In this document: one piece after another, positions 23,499 through 37,450 of the stretch
Position numbering within the stretch: position 1 is the stretch's first letter
Layout of the letters: each line of letters opens with the position of its first letter
From: Camelus dromedarius
Taxonomy: Eukaryota
Direction: 5' to 3'
NCBI RefSeq assembly: GCF_036321535.1
Contig: NC_087437.1
Span: forward strand, 78,122,001 to 78,186,000
DNA: 64,000 bases
The notes under the pieces: generated by a model
The model's database searches: none
What the model was told of the DNA's origin: nothing
What the model saw: the letters and a program-made list of their open reading frames with translations, nothing else
Position numbers and translations under genes: made by a program

Positions 23499-26400
23499 TA
23501 AGTCTTAATGCCATAGTTCATTATCATCTGGAAGAACAGCATGAAGGTGTACAGGAACCTATGGGAGATCTTTCATACTTGACCTCTTATTTGAATCAGA
23601 TAAGGAGAATCTAAAAAAACACTGGAATGATATTTGTTCCATTATTTGCATCCTGTATGAGGCGGTTTGCTCGGCTTTTAAAAAGAGAAGAAAAAAGAAA
23701 ATGCAAAAAAGAAATCTCATGATGAAATTGACTTTATGTCTTACTGTAGGTTTATTGGTTATAGTTTATAAAATTAAGCAAATAATACCTGTCTTGAAAA
23801 TAAGACTTGCCTTGAAACATACCTAGGTATGAAGTTAGTAAAATTAATAAAACATTAGCCACTCAGTTAGTGGTAGATATTATCATTATTTGCTTGTACT
23901 CCTTGGATAGCAATTTGCAAAAATTTCATAACAATACTAAATATTGAGACTTTTTTAATCCTTTTTTCAAGACTTAATCCATGCTTAAGATAAAGCAACA
24001 ACCTTTGGAACAATATGTGGAATAAAGCAATAATCTTTAAAACAGTTCCAAAAATTATTAATTACCAAGTATTTGCATATACAAATATCTTTTTGTAGGA
24101 GAGTTATTTCTTTTTTTTAATACCAGACTTCTAAGTTTAAGTTTCAAGGACTTGAAGTTAGAATTTTTAGTTTCAACGGTAGCCAAAACCTCACTTTTTA
24201 AAATAGAATTAAGATGGTATTGCTCCTTCTAAAAATCACAAAGGTGTTTAAGTAACTTACTATACTAGATAATGGTTCGTTTTAACACCTGCCTGCCCTC
24301 TTGATTTTATCCTTGTAGTAAATATTATTTGCCATACTGATTACATGTCTTTTTCTAATCCCATCTCATTGCTTCCATCTCCTCAATTTGCAGACAGAGA
24401 TTATGCTACATGAGGTAATATGTTTTGGAAAAAAACAAAAAGCAATTGCAGTCAACCCATATGTGGACCATTTTCCCCCCTTGGATTAGATCTTTCATAC
24501 TTACTTGAAATAATCATTATATTGGTGTAAACAGCAGATTTAAAAAGAGATTAGGCTTTTGTTTTGTGAATGGTTAAATGGTTATTGTGATTTTTAAAAA
24601 TGGCTTTTCAGAGGTGAATCACTGGTTCAAACATAGGTAGGGTAGAAATGCATGGAAGTTATTACCCTCTGAAAGTTCAGTGGTGAGTTTGGTCCAGTTT
24701 CTGGTTTTCCCATGGACTGGTGCCCAGCCTCACAGTACTGCTGATGGGAGCATCCCCTGAGAGGGAATGTGTGATTGGTCCCTGGGGTCCCGTACTAGAG
24801 AACCATCCTAATTCAAAGATGAAGTGAAGTGCTGCTGAAAACCTTTCTTGTAACCTTTTGGTATTTTCATAATACATAACCTTGGGTCTTCAGTCCAGGT
24901 AGATGAAATAAATACTTCTGTACCAATAACATGCAAAGTACACAGAGGTTAGTAAATGTTAAAAGTACTATTCAGAAGATATTGACACAGGTTCCCCTTG
25001 GTTTTTTCTGCTTTGTTTTTAGGATGCTGTAGTCTTCAACTGATTGTGGTTGTTTATAGGTATATAAAACCACCTTTACCCCGATATCTCTACACATAGG
25101 ATAGGTTGAGCTGCAGTTGAATTTAATCAGGCAGAATTGATTTTTACTTGGACACTGATGTGCTAATGAAGGTTCTTAAAAATCTATCAGGGTCAAGTAT
25201 TTCTTTGGCAAACCATACCAATTTGTATTTATCAAATTTGAACAGAGATATTTGTGAATAACTCAATAAGATGCATGGTCCAGGGGAAATTAGAAGGCAA
25301 ACAATTTAAAGAATTAACATCTTTATATAAGGATGAGCATCATTATTACTAAACATTCTCTGTGTGAGTTTAATTTACCAGGAATACCTGACACCACCCC
25401 CACCTTCCCAACCCATTGCCCCTTTAAATAGTTGGTAATCATTTGTCAGATCTGTGTTCTAGCTCATCCATGCTTTAAGGGCTGGACTCATGATTCACAG
25501 CCCTGTGTGTATGTATGTGTTTATGCATATGCGCATGTGTTTACATGTGTATGTGCTTCTGTTTTGGTTGATCCAATTGGCTGAGCTGATAATACTTGCA
25601 ATGTCTTTGTTCAGATTGTGTGCGTATTGGAGTCCCTCGGGTGCCTTCTACAATATCTCAAAGTCAAACCATCATTCCTGAGCTTGCTGACCTAATTACA
25701 AATCTTTACAAATATCTTTGCTTGTCTATTTGGTCATTTGGTTTGTTCTGCTGTGTTTTTTACTTCCTCATACTCCCCTAATTTTTCTCCAGTGTGCTCA
25801 TCCATATTTGGTTGAAAACTCTTTATGCTTGAGGTTTGTTTTTCCCACTCTCTGAATGAGGTGGGGAGATTTGTCTCAAATTTGGAGAAAACCCATCTTG
25901 AGGTAGGAAAGGTTTAGCTTTATAGAGTATTACTAGGAACAATTATTGTTATAAACAAAAGAGAAATTGTTTTCTAATAACTTTTTTTTTGCCTTCTGTC
26001 TTCTTGCTCCTTCATTTAAAAAGTAGTATATATTAATTTTAGAAAAAATTAAACATAAAAAGTATAAAAAAGAAAGTAAAAATCGCCCGTATGCTTAATT
26101 CCCAGTAAGAACTCCTATTAACTATCTGCTGTGCTGCCTTCTGATCTTTTCCCAGGAAATATGAGTGTCGGTCTGTATACATTTTAAAACATTTAAGTAA
26201 AATGCATTTGTATATACAGGTACTTTTACATACATACTCATATACTTGTATCCTGGGATCATAGTGTATATATAGTATTTTTTAGCCTATTTTTTCTCTA
26301 TTATATTGTGAATAATTCCCAGGTCATTAAGCCTTTTTTAAAACTTTTATTTTTAAAAAACATCTTTACTACAAAATGAAACATATAGAAGCATGGTAAC

Positions 26401-27280
26401 TATGGACAAACTTAAAGAAACTCAGCAGTCACACCACCCAGAGGTATCTTTCACGCCTAACATTTTCTATTTCCTTCTAGACTTTCACATACGTATACAG
26501 ACTATTTTAAAAATAAACACTAGTATTATACTTTACAATCCATTTTGTATCCATCTTTTAAGTTCATATTGGATATTTTTGTCATTATAATTTTTTAATG
26601 TAAACATCATTTAAAATAATTGCATAATAATCCAGTCCTTCACTTTTAAACTATTTTGTCAGCCAAGTCAAAGCAATAGTGATTAAATCTTCTATTTACT
26701 CACTGGCAAGAATATCATCTGGCAAATCATAACTATTTGCTGCCCATTGTAAATTTAGTAAGATCCAGAAGAAAAAGTAGAAAAAACTTTAGAATAGACC
26801 TTTGCACTTTTCACCCTTCTCTCTTTGGACTCGAGTGTTATATTATAAAATCTTATTGTCATTATTTGTATTGTAGTATTTATTCAGCCATAAAAGGATT
26901 AAATAGTTATGGATTAGCTGGTGATATCTATTATGTGTTGTGAGTTTTTTCTATAAAAAGAAGTCTTTCTTACAGAGATTTAGAGACAATAATATAAACA
27001 ACCTCAGAGGTGATTGACAAATTGTTAACAACGTATAATCTCGATTGTTTTTGGAGGAAAAAGAGCTGATAATGAAACCATAAGTTCTTATTTGAATTTT
27101 AGGTTGAAGTGTTTCAAATGGGCTTGACTTATGAAGGCAGGTGGGAAGTGGTGAAGAGTAGCTGGTAGGGGTGAGGCTGAGGGTGGGAACAACATAACAA
27201 GGTGGTGCAGTATCCTAGGAAGGTAAGAATGGGACATTGTTAACATCTATAAGATTTGACTCCTGAGAGCAGTTGAAGGA

Positions 27281-28100
27281 GGACTGGAGCCAGGTTTCAT
27301 GGAAACTGAATCTCGTATTATTTTGCTGTCCTCCTTGAGAAAAAAGATTATGAAATTATGACAATAAATTTGGATGGGAGAGTGAAGGGAGTATTTAGAA
27401 TGAGAAATCATAACAAGTTACAAACTATAAAATGCTAAGATATACCACAATCATAACAAAATCCAGAATAACATTCTAATATATTCATGAATGAAATTCC
27501 CGACAGACATCTATAATTATTTTTCCTACATTTCTGGCAGCATATTCTTTGATTGCTTTTTCATATGATAAATATTTTGTAATATCATCTTCTACAAAGA
27601 ATAGAAAGATAATTAAGTCTTTCCTCTAGCAAGGTTGATATGAAATTCTTCTTTGTTATTGATAGTTTAGAAAAGTGTCTTTCTGCTTTATAATTCATTT
27701 CTGATAATGTTATGCAATATTTCAAGATTGTTGTCAAATTTGAGAAAGCCTCTTTGAACGTCTCAAGTGTGAAGAGAGAATTTAAAGTTTCTTTTGTGCA
27801 ATGGCTAATCTTAAGTACTCTCTGAATTCATAGCATTCATAAACCACTCTGTCATCACTGTCATTGATGCCCTTGACAGCGCATATGATGTTACCTTCAT
27901 TAATATGTTTTCATGTCAAGTCAGCAAGAAATTCAAATTATTTTCCAATGATTCATTTTTTCATTGCTTAGATCATTTGTAGCAATTCTGAAATCTATTT
28001 ATTATTTCTATTTGAAATGCCTCTCTTTCATTTAATGACTGCTTTGGTATAATCTGAAATTTTTCTGTTGTTATAATTCACTTCCCAGAGTTAGAATAAT
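27281..28100 (-). mobile_element. hAT-Tip100 (Zaphod-like) transposon with transposase C-terminal relic
   Basis: Manual minus-strand translation of about 27752-27588 gives EAFSNLTTILKYCITLSEMNYKAERHFSKLSITKKNFISTLLEERLNYLSIL, resembling the hAT dimerisation domain (AERSFSKL...STM.EERLN.L.IL); the terminus begins ggactggagccaggtttcatgg. Confidence 0.8.
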
Positions 28101-30396
28101 TTTTATTTATTTATTTTTCCATTTCATTGAGAAAGAATATCTACACACGGTAAAATGCAAAGATCTTAAATGGATAATTCAGAGCTTTGATGAACATATA
28201 TCCATGTAACCAACATCTTAATTGAGACATAGATCATTTCCAGGAGTCCAAGTATTTTTCTTTTGTGCCTTTCCAGTCAGTCCTCACCTCCGTGCCCTTC
28301 TAGGCAATTATTTTCATTTCTAGCATGATGGATTTGTTTTGCCTGTTTTTGTATTTCATATAAATAATGCCAAACAATATCTTGTCTTTTGTTCATAGTT
28401 TCTTTTACTTAAAATAATGATCTCAAGAATCCTTCATGCTCTTACATGTAACAACAATTCTTTTTTTTTAATTGATAAGTAGTGTTCCACTGTATATGAC
28501 AGTTTATTTATCTGTCTTCTTTATGTAGGAATTTGAATTCTTTTCAGGTATAAGCTATTATGAATATATTTATCAAGTTGTTTCAACACTATTGAAAAGT
28601 CTTTCCCCAGTGAATAACCTTGTCTTTTAGATAATCAGTTGACTAGTCATTGAATTATTTGTCTATGCTTACACTAATTCCACTGTCTTGATTACTGTAG
28701 ATCATACATAAAACTGCTATAAACATTCTTATATATGTATTTTATGGATATATTTTTAGTTTCTGTTTGATAGAGAGTGAAATTCCTGTGTCATAAGTTA
28801 GGTTTATGTTTAACTCCATAAGAAAATATTAAATAATATTTCGAAGGGGTTGTATAATTTTTCACTGTTTATCTTCATCATTTGCTGTTGTCAGTCTTAT
28901 TTTTTCCATTCTATTGAATAAATCTCCCTGGTTTTAATTTACATTTCTCTGATCCCTAATGATTTTTATTTCCCTTTGATTAATGATGTTGAGTATTTTT
29001 ATATACGTTTTTAAAATTATTTTCATTATTTTCTTTTATGAAGTTTCTGTTTAAATGTCTTATAAGTTATTCTTGCTTCTTTATATTTTTGATACTGATT
29101 TGTAAGAGTTCTTTATATATTCTAGTACAAGTCCTTGGACATGTATTTTCCCCAGTTCCTTGATTACTTATTTTCTTAATGATGATTTTTGAAGGAGGCT
29201 TTTAATTTTGATGAAATCCAGTTTATCATTATTATCTCTTTGTGCTCTAAGAAATGTTTACTTATCACATCTCTTGCCTGCATTAGACACCTAATATATT
29301 ATCTTGTGTTCTTTTGTACTTAATAGTTTTTGCTTTTAAGTTTAGGTCTATGATTCCTATTAATTTAATTTTGGTGTTTGGAATAAAGTAAAAGTTCAAC
29401 TTAATTTTATTCCAAAAGTTTTTAAAGGTATTAAAAGTATTGTATTGAGAAATACTTTTATTTTTCCACAGAATAATTTGGTGCCTATGTGAACCTGTTT
29501 CTGTAATCTCTGCTTTGTCCCACTGATCTGTTTGTTTGTCTTGCGCCAGTTATAACAGTTGCATACTGTCTTGATTGCTCATAGATTATTAGCAAGACTT
29601 TAAAGTAGAATGAATCCTTCAGTTTTATAACTATGACTATCACTTTTTCTAAAACAAACAAACAAACAAAAAAGTGATGGCATATTTTTGGGATTGCAAA
29701 TATCTTTTGGAAGAGAATAGGAGAATTCACAGTTTAATAATACTGAATCTTTTGCTTCATACCCTGATTAATATCTACATTTATTTAGGTCTTCTTTTAA
29801 CTGTATTAGATGTGTTAGTTTTCATTTGGTATAAAATTGTTACACATTATTATTAAATTTATTCCTAAGTATTTCTGTCTTTATTGTAAATTATACTGTT
29901 TTAAATTTAATTTTACTTTTTGATATTTTGCTGGTATTATATAGACATACAAATGAATTTTCTGTATTGACTTTACATCTGTCATCCTTGCCATATTAAA
30001 TCATTAGTTCTACTAATATTTTGTTGATTTCTTATGATTTTCTGCTGAATGATGAAGTTACCTGTTAGTAAAGGGTGTTTTAGTAAAGGCTGTTTTACCT
30101 CTTCCTATTAAATGATAAAAATAAATAGTAAATATAATAAGTATAAAAATAATAAGTAAAGTTAATATTTTTACCTTGTTTCCTATTTTAGGGAAAAGCA
30201 TGCAATATATTGTCATTAATTATGATGTTAACTGTAAGTTTTACACAGATGGCATTTATCAGGTCAAAGAAATTCGCTTCTATTTCTAGTCAACTGTGAC
30301 CTTTTTTTTTTAAGCTTTTCGTTAATGAATGTTGAATTTGTCAATAATTTTTCTGCATTGATTGAGATTATCATGTAGTTTTCTCCTTTATTCTAT
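28101..30396 (-). mobile_element. Old L1 (L1MC/MD/ME) 3'UTR plus ORF2 remnants
   Basis: T-rich antisense L1: ttttaattttgatgaaatccagtttatca, ttaggtctatgatt, tttattcctaagtattt, agggaaaagcatgcaatat, ttttctgcattgattgagattatcatg. Confidence 0.8.
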
Positions 30397-30856
30397 TGTA
30401 GTATACTGGGTTGACTAGTGTCCCTGCAAATTCAAACCCATTTGGAACTTCAGAATGTGAGCTCATTTGGAAATGGGGCCTTCACAGATACAATGGAATT
30501 AAAATGTGGTTATACTGGATTAGGGTAGGCCTTAATCTAAAGACTAGTATCCTTATAAGAGGAAAATTTAGACATAAAAACACAGGAAGGAGAACTTCAT
30601 GTGAGAATGAAGCCAAATATTAATGTATGTACAAGCAAAGGCATGTCAACAATTGCCAACAATCACCAGAAGCTAGGAGTCAAGTGTGGGACAGATTGTC
30701 CCTTAGAATCTTCAGTATAACCAAGACAACTGACATCTTAATATTGGATTTATAACCTCTAGAAGAACTGAAAGGATTCGATTTCTGTTGTTTTAAGTCA
30801 CTCAGCTTGCAGTACATTGTTACAACAACTCTAGGAAACAAATACAGATTTTGGTA
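30397..30856 (+). mobile_element. MLT1C-like MaLR LTR plus the first bases of internal sequence
   Basis: cagaatgtgagctcatttggaaatggggccttcacagat...ccagaagctaggag...ttctgttgttttaagtcactcag...ctaggaaacaaataca followed by gattttggta. Confidence 0.85.
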
Positions 30857-30884
30857 TTAGCTTCCCATAATATCATTTCCCATT

Positions 30885-31215
30885 CCCTAGAAAGCAGACT
30901 CTGAGTTGGATATTTGTGTACAGGAGGTTTTTTTTTTTTTTTTTTTTTTTTTTTCTGAATCAACACTTGAGGGAGACTAAAGGAAGCAGGACTGAACAGA
31001 GGAAGAAGTTGGGCTTTGATATAATCACAACAAAAAGCCTTATCTGAACCCAGATGTAGTTCTGGAGTACAGTGACCTTTGGAATTGTCTCAAATTAGGG
31101 AAAGGAGGCTAAGCTTTTACAGTCCTGCATCAATTACTCACTTCCAGCAGTTCAGGGGAACGAATGCTTCAACCCAGAGGAGGCTGGGGAATCTGAGCAG
31201 TACCACAGCACCCAC
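30885..31215 (-). mobile_element. ERVL LTR (LTR33/LTR16-like) containing a long poly-T expansion
   Basis: ccctagaaagcagactctgagttggatatttgtgtacaggaggttt...atcaacacttgagggagactaaaggaagcaggactgaacagaggaagaagttg. Confidence 0.7.
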
Positions 31216-32720
31216 TATAGTCCATCCCTTCCACTGTTTAGATACACCTTTTTTCTGGGAGCAGCTCCTTCAGAATTCTGGTCTACCTCTTTTCTTGGAA
31301 AGTGAACTGTTAGTGGCATAAATTAAAGCCTCTGAAGCTGCAGCTAGTATGAGACTAATAATGATACTCATATTTCATGATTCATCTACTTCACTCTCCA
31401 GCCTAGATTTCTCTCATTCATGCTTAGATTATTCAGACCATAGCCCAGGAGAGATTTTAGCCCCTGGTCACTGTTTCCTTCTCAGATTATGGCTATTGCG
31501 TTTGTTCATATGCCATTAAGTGGGGCAAATAGAAAAGACACCCAGTTGGATCACTTAGCAATAAAATATGCTATTTCCATCACCCATTGCGTAGCACCCC
31601 TACCCTGCTCCTGATGGACAGGGTCAGTTACACTTGCCACATAGTGACTTCTTTTCTTTCCTGCTAGTATCTCAGCATAGAGCCTAAAATGCTCAGCTGA
31701 CAGCCATAGCTTAAAATTTGATAAAACTATTATTGTGTTTTCCTGAGGGAACCATTCTTCTTTTGGCTAGCAAGACCTCTAAACTCACAAAACCTAGAGT
31801 TGCAAAGTAGAAGTACAAATGAGTTGCTGAGCCCAAAAATGAGTCACTAAGTGTTTGTAAGGAGGGCTACTTCTGATTCCAAACTTTGTCTTCCATCCCC
31901 TATGTACTGGCAGTACCATCCCATGAAAGAATCACTGACTTAGGGTAGACTCTATAACCTGGAGGATAGTATCTATCTTTGCAATATATTATCTTCAAGG
32001 TGTGCGTTTAAATTCTGGAGGATAGTACCCATCCTTGCAATATATCATCTTCAGCTGTGCCTTTAAATTTTATATCCTAGCTTAATAGACCAACAGCTTT
32101 GGGTGTTACAGCATGTGGTAGGATGAAGGGACACCATAGTCATATACCGACTTCTGAACCTCCTTTGCTGTACAGTGTGTCTCCATTACCGATGCAATAT
32201 TGTGTTGTATGGGATCCAATGCTGTTGGATCCAGTACTCTGAAAGTTCTCATGCAGTGGTTCTGTGGGTAGGATAGGCAAATCCATATGCAGAATATATA
32301 TTGATTATAGTAAAAATAAATCTCTGACCTTCCAGGATTGAAGGGATCCAGGAAAGACAACTTATTGTCAATTGGCCTACTTACTATTAATTAGTTGGGT
32401 TATTTCAAGGGATAATGGTATGTCAGTGACTCAGCAATGGTCTTTGTTGCTGGCAGGTTAAACATCAAGCTGCAATGGTACGTAGCTCAGACTTGGTGAG
32501 TGTGAGCTCACAATGTTGGGCCCACATATATATAGCTTCCGTACTTGTACCCATGTGCTCATTGTGCTAGCACTAGCCAAAGACAAAGGCTAACTGAGGA
32601 TAACTGACCGTGTGAAACCATTTAGTTGTTTTTGACTCCTCAGGAAAGGATATTCTTTGTGTGGCAATTAAAATGGCATAGGAAGTTCTTCACACTCTGT
32701 GCCTATTCCTATGGGTTTTA
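31216..32720 (-). mobile_element. ERVL internal sequence (degenerate)
   Basis: Abuts the LTR; ERVL-like phrasing (ggtaggatgaagggacaccatagtc, ctcagcaatggtctttgttgctggcagg, ggtgagtgtgagctcacaatgttgggccc). Confidence 0.6.
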
Positions 32721-34999
32721 CGTTAGTCGGTGGTAAGAGGATTATTTATTCAATGGTAAATAGCCTGTACCCTAAAATCTCTTATACTGCACGAATGCAG
32801 ATTTTATATTAAAGGAACATATGATTGAAAAGAGCATCTGTGGGTTAGGTGTTCAGGCATATTCGAGAAATACTGGGTGAGGCTGTGGTACCAACATTCC
32901 TAGTGAGATAACCACCACCCCGTCATCTACTTTGTCTTTTGGAGTCCCCAGAGTTTATATTTAAGATGAATCTCACTCTGTGCCTGAGACTCAAACAGGA
33001 AGAACCTAACATATAGTGTTATTTTGTTTTCCGATTATATAAAAAAGAATAATTATATATGGAGGGGATTAAAATGTTTCAAAGACTTCATTTGTTTTTA
33101 CGCTTTTTGCTTTTAAGTTTGCTGTCAGACTGATCTTTCGTAGCACTAGCTAGTAGAAAGAGTATTCCCTGAGCTTGTGAATTGGGGAACAATTACCACT
33201 AAATGTAGCCAATATAAATATTATAAATTTTTATTTATAAAATTACTTATAAATTATACAAAACTACTTCCAACAAGACGAATAGTGAATGTCCTCATTA
33301 TGTCTTCATGTGTGTGTTTTCAGAGAACTAAGAACAGAAAATTTCATTTGTATAAACTGGAAAGGGTATTAGCTATAACTTTGAATTTATGTAACACCTT
33401 GCTACTGAATTCACACCCTGAGTATTCCAGAGATTAAGGGACTGAATAATGTTCAGAAAGTAGGCAAAGGAGGCCTATTTGCATAAACACTATTTCATCA
33501 AAGGTAGACTTTCCAAGTTTTCACTTCAGTCACAAGCTTAGCTCTTCGGAAAACCTCATTTGGTTTTTGTCTGACCAAACCTAGAGTCACTCTTCTAAGG
33601 CTGAGCCTCAGGTATGACATGCTGTACTATATCCAGACCCCCTTTATAATGTTATTATCTCCCCTACTGGTTTAATTTATGTATTTAATTTTAGTTTCCA
33701 GGGTGCAATATGGCTAATTACTTGAGAACTGCAGAATCTTACAAGTGAAATTTTTGCTTCTATAATTTGTGGCATATTAAGGATAATAATGTACATTTAA
33801 TTTCCTCAAAAAAGATAATTATGCTAATAGAATTATTTAAATAAAAATTTGTACTTTGTGCTGGACTATGTTCTCTACCTACTAATTTATATTAATACAA
33901 GTCAGTAAGGAATTTTTAATAAGCCACTTCAATCCTGGGCAGGCAAGTCTGGGAATGTCATACGTGCACCACCTCCCTCCCTTAACATCCTGGGGAGAAA
34001 GGGATGTCTCACGGTACTGGAGGGCCAGAATTCCTATTGGATAAAAGTTCATGGGAAATATTAATGTGTAGAATCAGACAATTTGGGTGTGTGGACTTCA
34101 ATGGAGGAAATCAACCGATTTGTAGACATCTGAAAGCAAAGCCAGCTTCCTGGATAACAATTTTGTATTCATTACAAAAACCAATTTAGTGTTGTGTGAA
34201 CATTTTGTGGAAAAAGGTCTTATCTCTGTTTCAATTGTTTAAGGAAGAGTGGCTTTTAAGGTCAAAATCAGATTCCTAATAGGTTCTACAGTACTATAGT
34301 AGAGAATGGAGTTTGAGGGAGGGTAGAGATTAACATTAAGAACCAGATACTTTGGGTGTATTACTACCATTTTTATTCACTTATTCTACATGAGAATTAT
34401 TATTTTTTAAAGTTCCATTACCTTTATTTAAAAAATAAAACTATTCATTTAGGGAAATAGACTTCTTAGTCATCATTAGATGTGGAGTGTAGCATTAATG
34501 TGCTTGATTGGAAGGCCAGTACTTGTCACTAGTCATTGGAGCGCTCATCCGCCAGAGGCAAGTTTGGTTGGATTTTATTGCTGTGTTATTAAGCAAATTT
34601 GGTTTGTGCTTATAAAACTATGCCAGTTTGTGCACTTACGTGAATACCATGGCTAGAGAATAAGTAAATTTTCTTGTACTTCTCTTTTTTGTTGTTGTGA
34701 ATGCATTAAAATCCAGTGATTTGGTAAATGTGCATATTATGTGCACATTATGGGTTTACTGTGTGCCAGGTGCCTGTTACTTGTGATGAATGCTATGGTA
34801 GTAAAAACCAGCCTGAATGCCTGCCTTCATGGAGTTATTAGACATGGATTATCACAAATTTAAATGGCTTTAAGTTGGAATTATTCATTCTTTTTTTCTG
34901 TCCACAAATGTAATAAGCTATTAGAGCAACATCCAAACATTACAAAGCTATAAATAATGAAAGCTTGCTATTAGGGCTATACTGGAAGGTCATGACTAG

Positions 35000-35235
35000 G
35001 AGCAGGGATTTGAGGTGTAGAGTCAAAAAGACTTGGGTCAAATCCTACCTTGGACATGTATTAGTTCTGTGTCCTTGGGCAAGTTGTGTCCATTCTCTAA
35101 GTCTTGCTTTCATCGCCTTATAACGGAGACAGTTAAAATAGCTACCTAATGAAATTGCTGTGGGAAAAAATATTATGTGTATATATATGGAATTAGCAAT
35201 ATCTAGCACATAGTACACATTCAGTAATTAATAGC
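35000..35235 (+). mobile_element. MIR SINE
   Basis: agagtcaaaaagacttgggtcaaatcctacc...tgtgtccttgggcaagttg...tagcacatagtacacattcagtaatta. Confidence 0.8.
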
Positions 35236-36329
35236 TTTTAAAATACAACAACTGATGAATCACCTTAGCAACTCATCTAGCAAATGTAACATACAAATGC
35301 ATCTTTGCATTTTTAAACAATTATGTACCTCAACGCTATAGAAATATATTACCCAATTTGTGAAAAAAAGGCTCAAATCATTGCAAGAATTAACAAAGAA
35401 AATCCTCCACCATGGTTTACTTAATCTATAATGTAGAAGATGCCTCTGTGGTTCTTCAAAAGCAGACAATCTGACTGGTGACAGTTAAAGCCTCAGTTTT
35501 CTATAAATAGAAATAAACTGTAGAATCAGAATATTGCTCAAAAAGCCTTACTTTCCTGCTGAGAAAACAGGGAGATGGGAAATGAAGGATAACAAGACTT
35601 GATCTTTTTTTCCCAATTATCTTTCTATAATTTAAAATTTGGAAGAAAAATATAATTTTCCTCAATAGCCTTTAGGCATTTGTTTAATTTCTTTCAATGT
35701 TTTTAAAGTTTTAAAGTTTTAATTCCACAAAAGATAAACCCAGGAAGAGTTGAAGTTCATCTATGTAAACACGCTATGAATTCTCGTGACAGTCTCGTAT
35801 CACTTGCTTGTGCTATTAAAATGTTTGAAATTTGTTCTCCTGTTCATAGGAAAACTCCTCCCTTTTTCTCTTTGATGATATTTACTTTTCTGTAATACAA
35901 GATTTCCGATAAAAATCAATGAGGACACGAAGTCAAAGTTGAGACATTTTATGGAAAAAAAAGACTCTTGGGATCCATTCTCAAAGAATGGAGTCAAAGT
36001 CATTGTTTCCTGATGTAGGGTTTGGTGCTTTTATGTCAGCAATGTTGGCCTTTCATCCTGCAGGTTAAGAAATCTTTTTCATGAGTTTTGGCTTGTATAC
36101 CTCAGGACTGTGTGCCTAAAAATTATATTATAAATTAATACTATATTAATACTGACAAAAGTTGTTCTCATGCTTGGCCTCTGTGCTATAGTGAAAGCTA
36201 GTTATATTCTAGCTTACGGGAAATTCTGGGCTTTTGATATTTTCTTTCTCTAATGAGCTCACAAGAGATGTTTCTGTACTTTGGAAAATTACCTGTGTTT
36301 TATTAATTGTTCCTTTAAATTAGCCTACC

Positions 36330-37450
36330 TGAGGTTACTCTGTCCTTGGACAGTTAATTGTTCTTTCTCCGTGTTCCCATAACACTTTGTTCATGCCATT
36401 TTTGTAGCAGAACACATTGTCTTACAAGATCTATTTACATTCTTTATCTTCCCCACTAGACTTGGAACCAGTTGAGAGCAGAGGCCTAGTATCCTTTATT
36501 GTTAATAGAGTAGCATCTAACTTGGTGAGGATCCTGACTAGACTTGGTACGTGGTAATGCCATGCACTAAAACATATTCCTGCAAGTTTGCTATACTAGA
36601 CATTCCTCATGAATCTGATTAAGGTTTTCATGATGATAGGATATGTTGGGATAGGTGGCAAGTGGAGAATTAGTATTTATTGAATGCCTACTGTTTGCAC
36701 TGTTTGTGGACTATCTTATTTAATCTCCACACTAACACCTATGAAGTGGTAGCATCTACACCTACATTTTAACATCAGGAAGTTTTTACTCAATAGAGTT
36801 TAGAAATCTTCCCAGTTTCAGAAAGGTCCTAAGGAATTAGGGCTTGAAATCGTAACTTTAGCCCTCCAAAGCCGTTATTATGCAATCTTCTGGCCAGACA
36901 TAAAGGATCAGGCCAAGGTTAAGGAGAGGTTTAAAAAAAGAACCAGGAGATTTTCTAAAAAGACAGGGCACATCATAATCACAAGGAAGTAGTTTTACCC
37001 ATAGTATAGTGGAAGGAAAAAATAATTTTCTACTTCAGGTCATCCATGGCCATGTGTTCATTGATTGTTTATTGCTTACATCAAATATTATACTGGGATA
37101 TGGAGATTAATAAGAAATTGTCCCTGATTTCAAAAGGCGTTTACTACCTTAGTGGAAGGAGATGGAAATTTAGTCAAATACATTTCCTGCTCTAGGCATC
37201 ATAAGTATCTATGACAACACAAGAGACAACATAAGAAGGTATTTAAAAGCATGAACATCGGCAATCAGATGGACTTGAATTCAAGTTCTGACCCTGTTAT
37301 TCAAGTAACTAAGATCTTGGGCAAATTAAAAACACATCAAATTCTTCAGTCATAAAATCAGGAAAATAACATGAATTCACTCATGACTGTTTTGAAGATT
37401 AATTTAAATGTTGCATGTCTTTTCACATCAAAAGTGCTTATTATTATTAA
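36330..37450. mobile_element. Cluster of L2 3' ends and MIRs (L2+ about 36330-36560, MIR- about 36670-36880, L2- about 37055-37170, MIR+ about 37235-37450)
   Basis: tcttccccactagacttgg...gagagcagaggc; tatttattgaatgcctact...ttaatctccacactaacacctatgaag; ggacttgaattcaagttctgacc...cttgggcaaatta. Confidence 0.6.

Noticed and set aside
34548..34563. CTCF-like ccgccagaggcaag
   Set aside because: Mismatches in the conserved GGC part of the motif; unsupported without ChIP data.
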